The notes below the pieces were generated by a model. The model was given only the letters and a program-made list of their open reading frames with translations, was not told the origin of the DNA and made no database searches. Both the position numbers and the translations under genes were made by a program. This document shows, one piece after another, positions 57,439 through 64,000 of a DNA stretch of 64,000 nt (position 1 is the stretch's first letter; each line of letters opens with the position of its first letter). The stretch spans positions 256,001 through 320,000 of the forward strand of contig CAWETW010000002.1 in NCBI GenBank assembly GCA_963812155.1. The letters are read 5' to 3'. This DNA is from Vulcanimicrobiota bacterium (GTDB lineage Bacteria; Vulcanimicrobiota; Vulcanimicrobiia; Vulcanimicrobiales; Vulcanimicrobiaceae).

Positions 57439-58779
57439 TTGTCCACGCTGCTACGACGACTCGGAGTACGCGATGCCGCCCTCATCGTGATGGGAGGGAT
57501 CGTAGGCTCGGGCATTTTCATGAACCCGTCGGTGGTGGCCGCCTTCATTCCGTCGGCGCCGCTGATCATGGGCGTCTGGATTGCAGGCGGTGCGATCGCC
57601 CTGCTCGGCGGCGGCGTCTTTGCCGAACTCGCGTCGCGGCGGCCGAACGACGGCGGACTCTATGCGTACATGCGCGAGGCATTTCATCCGTCGCTGGCGT
57701 TCATGTACGGATGGACGTTGCTGCTCGTTTCTCAAAGCGGCGGAATGGCCGCCGCTGCGGTCACGTTCTCGAACTACTTCGAACCGCTGACGGGACTCCA
57801 CATTTCGACGAAAGGACTCGGCGTCGTCGCGATCGCGGCGTTCACGTTCGTCAACGCGCTCGGAGTTCGCGCCGGAGCCTCGGCACAGAACGCCTTCATG
57901 CTCGTGAAGATTGCGGCGATCGGCGGCTTCGTGGCGGTGGGATTGTTCGCACCGCACGCCGCAGCCGCCGCGCCGGCGCCTGCGGTTACGGGCAGCGCGA
58001 CGCTTGCGGCGATGGGCTTGGCAATGGTGCCGGTGCTCTTCGCGTATAGCGGCTGGCAGACGGCATCGTTCATGTCGGCCGAACTGAAGGACCCCGCGAG
58101 AACGCTGGCACGCGGACTGCTCATCGGCGTCCTCAGCGTCGTCGTACTCTATCTCGCGGTCAACGCCGTGTGCCTGCGCGTGCTCGGCGCCAACGGTTTA
58201 GCAGCGACGACGACGCCCGCATCGGCGGTTGCGCACCTCGCGTTCGGTCAGCCCGGCGAGCGGGTGATGGCGGCGATCGTCGCGATTTCCACGCTCGGCT
58301 TTCTCAGCAATCAAATCCTGACGTCGCCGCGCGTCTATTTTCAAATGGCCGCCGACAAAACGTTCTTCAAGCAACTCGCGTGGATCGATCCGCGCACGCA
58401 CGTTCCGGTGCTGGCCATTCTGCTGCAAGGCTGCGTTGCCGGAGTCATTACGCTTTCCGGACGCTACGATCAAATTCTGAACTACGTCACGAGCGTGGAT
58501 TACGTATTCTTCGGTTTGGCCGCGATCGCACTCATCGTTTTTCGGAACCGCGACCGCCACGATCCGCATGCGTCACAGCCCGCCTACCGCATGCCCGGCC
58601 ATCCCTGGACGACGTGCCTCTTTCTCGTGGCCGCATGGACGATCGTCGCTGACGTGCTCGTGAAATCGCCCGTTGCGACGTCGATCGGTCTGGGGATTCT
58701 GCTCAGCGGTCTGCCGGCCTACGCCCTTTTTACGGCGTGGCATCGCCGCCGCGCGCCGGCCGCAACGGAGGCGCCGTAG
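57439..58779 (+). CDS. APC-family amino acid permease
   Basis: IVGSGIF, AEL..R.P..GG.Y.Y, FAYSGW and ~12 TM segments. Confidence 0.92.
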   Translation: MSTLLRRLGVRDAALIVMGGIVGSGIFMNPSVVAAFIPSAPLIMGVWIAGGAIALLGGGVFAELASRRPNDGGLYAYMREAFHPSLAFMYGWTLLLVSQSGGMAAAAVTFSNYFEPLTGLHISTKGLGVVAIAAFTFVNALGVRAGASAQNAFMLVKIAAIGGFVAVGLFAPHAAAAAPAPAVTGSATLAAMGLAMVPVLFAYSGWQTASFMSAELKDPARTLARGLLIGVLSVVVLYLAVNAVCLRVLGANGLAATTTPASAVAHLAFGQPGERVMAAIVAISTLGFLSNQILTSPRVYFQMAADKTFFKQLAWIDPRTHVPVLAILLQGCVAGVITLSGRYDQILNYVTSVDYVFFGLAAIALIVFRNRDRHDPHASQPAYRMPGHPWTTCLFLVAAWTIVADVLVKSPVATSIGLGILLSGLPAYALFTAWHRRRAPAATEAP

Positions 58780-58781
58780 CA

Positions 58782-60590
58782 GTGCGGTTCCTGCGAATCG
58801 CCGTCGTCACGCTGATCGCGGCGTATGAAATTGCCGCCTTCGTGACGACGATGGCGACCTTCAGCCAGCCCGTTGGAGAGTACGGCTATACGGTCGGGCT
58901 CGACGGCACGACCGTCGCCTCGGTCGAGCCGGGACTCCCGGCTGCCAACGCCGGAATTCAGGTCGGCGACCAGATTCCGTTCGCGACGCTCTCGGTGCTC
59001 GGGCGTCTCAACTCGCTTCAAGGTCAACTCGTTAAGCCGAATACGGCAATTCGCATGACCGTCGTGCACGACGGGCAACCGCGCTCGCTCGCGATGCGCT
59101 CGGCCGCGCTGCCGTCGACCTACGCGCTGACGAACCTCGCCTACGCCATTGCCGGGCTGGCGCTCGGGATCGTGAGTTTGGTGCTGGTGATGCTGCGGCC
59201 CAGCCGCATGACGTGGGGCTTTGCGCTGATCGCGCTGCCCGTGTTGCTGCCCGACGTTCTCATCGAATTCGAACACCAAGCGGCGGCCGTTCCGGCGCTG
59301 GCAGCCGACGTCTTTGGGTCGCTGCTGGCCGCGCTGCAGTTCTCGGGCATCATGATTTTTGCCAGCCGTTTTCCGAGCGACGACCCTCGCGGCCTCAATC
59401 GGGTGATCGACCGCCTCGCCGTGCCGTTCGGCGTTGCCGCGGCGGCGATCTATCTCTACGTGACCTTCGCCATCTTTTTCGGCAGCGCGCCGCCGCCGAT
59501 TTGGATGATGCTCACGCAGGATTACATCGCACCGACGCTGCCGAGTATCGCCGGCGTGGTCGCGCTCGTCACGACCTTCGTCATCAGCAGCCGCAGCCTG
59601 CGCAGCCGGCTGACGCCCGCGCTGGTGGCGTTCGTTCTCACGATCGTCACCGATGCATTGGCGCAGTACGTATCGATCGCGACGAGCAATGCCCGCGTCA
59701 TTCTCTTCGCGTATTTCGCGTTTCCGGTCGCGGTGATACTCTTGGCCTGCTCCGTCGCCTACGCCGTCGTCAGGCATCGCGTCATCGATGTGAGCTTCAT
59801 CGTGGGGCGTACGGTCGTCTATAGCATTCTCACGATTTTCGCGGTGAGCATCTTCACGCTGATCGAGTTCTTCGCCGGCAAACTTCTCGAACGCAACGGA
59901 TTGGCGATCGTGCTCGAGATCGTCGCCGCGCTCGCCCTCGGCCTGTCGCTCAACGCGCTGCACAACCGCCTCGACAAGGTCGTCGATCGCGTGCTCTTTC
60001 GCCGCCGCCACGTCGCCGAGGCGCGTCTGAAACGAATGGCGCTCACGCTGCCGCACGCCGTCTCGACCGAGACAGTCGCCGACATGCTCGTCGAGGAGCC
60101 TGCCGATGCGCTCGATCTGGCCTCCGCCGCCGTTTTCGTGCTGACCGAAGACGAACTCCGTTACGCGCGCGTCCGCGCCGAAGGCTGGAGCTCTGCCGAC
60201 GCGTTGGAATTCGATCTGGACGATCACCTCGTCGTGCGGCTGCGCGCCGAGTTGCGAGCGGTGCACCTGAACGATTTGCGCTGGCCGCGCACCGACGTGC
60301 CGACGGGGAACCGGCAGCCTACTTACGCCATTCCGGTCGCCGTCGGCAACCTGCTGGAAGCCATCGTACTCTACGGAGCGCATAGCGCCGGCGAGGATCT
60401 CGATCCCAACGAACGCCGCAGCCTGCGCGACCTCGCGCGCGGCGGCGCGCTTGCGTACGACCACCTGCGCGCGCAGGCGTTACGGAAGAGCCTCGACGAG
60501 GCCCGCGGCGAGAACGCGGCGCTGCGGCGCGTGGAGCAAACGCTCACGGCGCTGCTCGAGAAGCGCCTGAAAGAGACCGGCGGCGCCTAG
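58782..60590 (+). CDS. PDZ + multi-TM + GAF membrane sensor-like protein without an output domain
   Basis: VASVEPGLPAANAGIQVGD (PDZ), ~9 TM segments, YAVVRHRVID, VDRVLFR, a GAF-like region and a terminal coiled coil. Confidence 0.7.
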   Translation: MRFLRIAVVTLIAAYEIAAFVTTMATFSQPVGEYGYTVGLDGTTVASVEPGLPAANAGIQVGDQIPFATLSVLGRLNSLQGQLVKPNTAIRMTVVHDGQPRSLAMRSAALPSTYALTNLAYAIAGLALGIVSLVLVMLRPSRMTWGFALIALPVLLPDVLIEFEHQAAAVPALAADVFGSLLAALQFSGIMIFASRFPSDDPRGLNRVIDRLAVPFGVAAAAIYLYVTFAIFFGSAPPPIWMMLTQDYIAPTLPSIAGVVALVTTFVISSRSLRSRLTPALVAFVLTIVTDALAQYVSIATSNARVILFAYFAFPVAVILLACSVAYAVVRHRVIDVSFIVGRTVVYSILTIFAVSIFTLIEFFAGKLLERNGLAIVLEIVAALALGLSLNALHNRLDKVVDRVLFRRRHVAEARLKRMALTLPHAVSTETVADMLVEEPADALDLASAAVFVLTEDELRYARVRAEGWSSADALEFDLDDHLVVRLRAELRAVHLNDLRWPRTDVPTGNRQPTYAIPVAVGNLLEAIVLYGAHSAGEDLDPNERRSLRDLARGGALAYDHLRAQALRKSLDEARGENAALRRVEQTLTALLEKRLKETGGA

Positions 60591-62062
60591 CGAGTCACCG
60601 CGCGGTGATGGAGTCTCCCGAACGGCACGTAATGCCGCATGGGAATCTCTGCTTCGGCCGCGTGACGTAAGCCGAAGACGGCGACGAGCGTCGCGACGCC
60701 AAGTGCCACCGAAACCCAAAAGGCCGCATGCAACCCACCGGCGAGCGCTGTATTGGGCGACGCTCCGGCCTGCAGCAGCGCGCTCGTTCGCAGTTGCTGC
60801 GCCGCCGCTCCGAACGCGACGCCGAAGCCGATGCCGAGTTGAAGTGCAAAACTCAACGCCGCCGACGCGCTGCCCTCGTCGACGTCGTCGACGTGCGCGA
60901 GCCCGGCGATCATGCCGCTTTGATACGCGAGCATGCCGCCGAAGCCGCCGATGCACGTAGCCGGGAAGATCGCGGCCCAATATGAGGACGACGGCTCCAT
61001 GAAGAGCAGAATCGTTTCACCGGCGATCATCACCACGCTGGCGACGATTCCCATCGTCCGGACGCCGATGGCGCGCGCGAAACGCATCGTCAGCGGCGCC
61101 GCTATGAACGAGATGATCAACGCCGACGGCAGGAACGCGAGGCCCGCAAGCAAGGGCGAGTAACCGGAGACGCGCTGCACGTAGACCGAGGCAAAGACCA
61201 TGACGCCGGCTTCTGACATCGGCTGCAGCAAGACGACGCTCGCGCCGGCAAGCAGATCGGGATAGCGCAGCAAGGCGGGCGAGAGAATGGGAACGACGGC
61301 GCGCCGCTCGACCACCGCGAGCAGCGCGAGCACGACGACGGTGATCGCCAAGCCGGCGAACGTCGCCGGTGATAAAAAGCCGCGGTCCGGGATAGATTCT
61401 ATCGTGTAGACGAACGTCACGAGCGCCGTCGTCAGCAGCAACGCGCCCGCGACGTCCAGTTTGTGTCGCACCGCCGCGCCGCGGTCGTGCGTGAGAACGA
61501 ACGGCGCGACCGCGAGGACGATCGCAGCAAAAGGCACGTTGACGTAGAGCACGGAGCGCCAGCCGAGATACTGCACGAGCACGCCGCCGAAGAGCATCCC
61601 GGCAGCGATGCCCGCGCTTCCGATCGTCCCCCACAGCGCCACGGCCCGCGAACGCTCCGGACCGGCGGGAAACATCGAGAGCACGATTGCCAGCGCCGCC
61701 GGATTGACGAGCGCCGCCCCCAACCCCTGCAGAGCCCGCATCGTAATCAGAAACGTGCCGTCGCGTGCCAGGCCGCCGAGAAACGACGCGACCGTAAAGA
61801 GCACCAGACCCGCGATGAAGAAGCGGTAACGGCCGTAGAGATCGGCGCAGCGCCCCGTGAGCATGAGAAATCCGGCGAGAAAAATCGCGTACGTACTCAC
61901 GATCCACTGCCCTTGGACGGCGCTCATATGCAGTTCGGTTTCCATCGAGGGCAAGGCGATCGAGACGATCGAGAAGTCGACGAGCAGCATAAAAAAGGTC
62001 GCGCTCAGCAGCGTGAACGCGACCCAATTCCGCGTACCGGCCGACGTCGGTGCGACCGTCAA
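60587..62062 (-). CDS. MFS transporter, DHA2 (14-TM) family
   Basis: D.SIV.IALP, GR.ADLYGR, RALQGLGAA and WRSV.YVNVP; TTG start overlaps the upstream TGA. Confidence 0.9.
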   Translation of the reverse strand: MTVAPTSAGTRNWVAFTLLSATFFMLLVDFSIVSIALPSMETELHMSAVQGQWIVSTYAIFLAGFLMLTGRCADLYGRYRFFIAGLVLFTVASFLGGLARDGTFLITMRALQGLGAALVNPAALAIVLSMFPAGPERSRAVALWGTIGSAGIAAGMLFGGVLVQYLGWRSVLYVNVPFAAIVLAVAPFVLTHDRGAAVRHKLDVAGALLLTTALVTFVYTIESIPDRGFLSPATFAGLAITVVVLALLAVVERRAVVPILSPALLRYPDLLAGASVVLLQPMSEAGVMVFASVYVQRVSGYSPLLAGLAFLPSALIISFIAAPLTMRFARAIGVRTMGIVASVVMIAGETILLFMEPSSSYWAAIFPATCIGGFGGMLAYQSGMIAGLAHVDDVDEGSASAALSFALQLGIGFGVAFGAAAQQLRTSALLQAGASPNTALAGGLHAAFWVSVALGVATLVAVFGLRHAAEAEIPMRHYVPFGRLHHRAVTR

Positions 62063-62472
62063 GGTGACGATTTTACTTTGGCGAGAAAGCGGTACATGTG
62101 CCCCTTCTGCGTAGCGGTTCCGGAGATCTCTCCGTTGCTCGAGAGCGTGCCGCGTACCGTAAATCCGCTCATGCCTCCAACGTCGAGGTTGATGTTGCCG
62201 TGCTGCACGGTGCCGGTGACGTTGATGATCCGTCCGTAGAGCGGGTCGGGTCGGGTCGAGATCGCGCTGTACGTGCCGCTGATGATCCCGTGATTGAACG
62301 TAAGCTTCATGTCGCCGGCGTAGGGTACGCCGCCGTTCCACAGGGGATTGTATGCAGCGACGTAGGTCGCGCTCCACACCGGGCCGTGTCCGACGACCGC
62401 GAGCGCCCCCGCGACGGCCGCCGCACCGAGGGCGAGCGTGAGAAAACCCATCCGAGCGTAACGTGCGAGCAT
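62059..62472 (-). CDS. Hypothetical secreted protein
   Basis: AAGGAG SD, signal peptide, and a Gly/Thr-rich beta-strand pattern. Confidence 0.65.
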   Translation of the reverse strand: MLARYARMGFLTLALGAAAVAGALAVVGHGPVWSATYVAAYNPLWNGGVPYAGDMKLTFNHGIISGTYSAISTRPDPLYGRIINVTGTVQHGNINLDVGGMSGFTVRGTLSSNGEISGTATQKGHMYRFLAKVKSSP

Positions 62473-62493
62473 CGTTTTCTCCTTCGAACCGGA

Positions 62494-63505
62494 TTATGCG
62501 TGCATCATGCGATCCCAGTCGTCGCGGTCGATCCGCAAATCTTCCTCTTCCAGCGCGGCGAGCGGAACGTTGGGAAGGCGCTCGCGTCCGCAGAGATCGT
62601 GCGCTTTCGTGTCGACGTACAACAGTCCCGTGACGAACTCGCCGCGGCTGTTGGCGTCGTGAATCGTGCGTAAAGCCTGCATGGCATCCGACGGGTCGTA
62701 GTCGACGTCGAGTTTGCGCAACACGATGTGGGATCCGTCCTCGAGTTCTACGTCGTGCGCCGTGCCCGGTTCGTAGTCGACCGTCACTTCGCGGCCGCCC
62801 GGCGATGTAGTCGGCGGTGTGCAGCACGATGTCGTGATCTTTCACGTACGCGTAGCTCTTGGTCGAACCGGTATGGTCGTTGAAGGTAACGCACGGGCTG
62901 ACGATGTCGATGATCGACGTGCCGCGGTGCGAGAAAGCGGCCATCAGCAGCGGAACGATTTGCTTGCCGTCGCCGGAGAACGATCGCGCCACGAAGGTCG
63001 CGCCGAGTTCGATCGCTAGACCGCAAACGTCGATCGTCGAGTATTCGTTGACCTTGCCGCCCTTCTGGGTCGACCCGACGTCGGCGGTCGCGGAAAACTG
63101 CCCTTTGGTCAATCCGTAGCAGCCGTTGTTTTCGATCAGGTACGTCAGATCCACGTTGCGGCGAATCATGTGGCAGTACTGACCGAGGCCGATGCTGGCC
63201 GTGTCGCCGTCGCCGCTGATGCCGAGCACCATGAGTTCGCGATTGGCGACTTTTGCGCCGGTGGCGGCCGACGGCATTCGCCCGTGAAGGCTGTTGAAGC
63301 CGTGCGCCTGTTCGACGAAATACGCCGGCGTCTTCGAAGAGCAGCCGATGCCGCTCATCTTCGCCAGCTTGTGCGGATCGACGCCGTACTCGTAGAGCGC
63401 CTTGATGAGATGGTTGGTGATCGAGTTGTGGCCGCAGCCGGCACAGAGCGTGGTCGGCAGACCTTTGTAGACTTCTCGCGTGAGCCCGATCAAGTTGACG
63501 GTCAT
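62494..63505 (-). CDS. 2-oxoacid:ferredoxin oxidoreductase beta subunit (frameshift ~62795)
   Basis: LCAGCGH, SGIGCSS, HGR, SGDGD, NNGCYGLTKGQ and SPCVTFN. The C-terminal TGLLY part is in another frame. Confidence 0.9.
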
Positions 63506-63519
63506 TTGCGAAACGTTCC

Positions 63520-64000
63520 TTATTCCGTCACGACGGCCGGCGCGCGCTCGGCATCGAGCAGAGGATCGATGATGGCGTGAGCGTCGATGGGGACGCCGTT
63601 GTAGTGACAGATGGATTCGAGACGCTGCACCAGATGCGTCGGGAGTTCGGTGCGCAGGATTCCGTAGAGTTGGCCGTCGCGGTTTTGTTCGACGACGTAC
63701 ACGCGGTCGTGACGCTGAATGAACGGCGCGATCTCCGGCGATAGCGGCAGCGCGCGTACGCGCATGTAGTCGATCTCGAGCCCTTCTTCGCGCAGGCGAT
63801 CGAGCGCTTCGACGACGGCGTGATGGGTCGTGCCGTACGCCACGATGGCGATGCGGTGGCCCTTGCCCTTCACGACCGGCGCCGGCACCGCCGTGCGCGC
63901 GGTCTCGTGCTTGCGCACGAGCCGATCGAGGTTGCGCTTCCACACCTCCGGCAGTTCGGAGTACCGCGCTTCCTCGTCGTGGCCGGTACCGCGCGTGAAA
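63520..64000 (-). CDS. 2-oxoacid:ferredoxin oxidoreductase alpha subunit, C-terminal part
   Basis: FTRGTGHD...Y.E, YGTT, VVEQNRDGQL and HYNG.P; lies upstream of the beta subunit. Confidence 0.88.
   Translation of the reverse strand, partial: FTRGTGHDEEARYSELPEVWKRNLDRLVRKHETARTAVPAPVVKGKGHRIAIVAYGTTHHAVVEALDRLREEGLEIDYMRVRALPLSPEIAPFIQRHDRVYVVEQNRDGQLYGILRTELPTHLVQRLESICHYNGVPIDAHAIIDPLLDAERAPAVVTE

Noticed and set aside
60587..63943. Apparent oxidoreductase beta-MFS fusion ORF
   Set aside because: It is caused by the ~62795 frameshift; the linker is off-frame sequence of two real genes.

Overview
High-GC bacterial chromosomal window, mostly core and metabolic genes. The gene repertoire resembles Terrabacteria and possibly Eremiobacterota/Vulcanimicrobiota; this is inference only. 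In order: uvrA (partial), HAD hydrolase, DUF4239 protein and uvrB; prs-rplY-pth; a minus-strand run of meaB, B12 acyl-CoA mutase large and small subunits with isobutyryl-CoA-mutase-type residues, gltX, glmU, a GGDEF protein and a degenerate M48 peptidase; a plus-strand run of GH125, serine hydrolase, GH125, tricorn protease, DUF2723 GT-C, aceA, aceB and GT39; a phosphoesterase, two paralogous alpha/beta hydrolases around tag, rocD and an M61 peptidase; L20-leader-infC-rpmI-rplT; NUDIX, TrmH, a 32-aa Phe-containing YqzL-like ORF plus terminator before pheST, and cvpA; an esterase / ATP-grasp / YbdK / GATase / circularly permuted ATP-grasp amide-ligase cluster; a class V aminotransferase; a lower-GC islet; hsp20-lon with a CIRCE box; an APC permease, a PDZ-TM-GAF protein, an MFS transporter and 2-oxoacid:ferredoxin oxidoreductase subunits. 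No tRNA, rRNA, CRISPR or transposase was seen. Several single-base frameshifts, two of them in essential gltX, are probably sequencing errors. Best leads: the amide-ligase cluster, a twice-repeated ~100-nt covarying hairpin motif, and a pheM-like leader/attenuator architecture before pheST.
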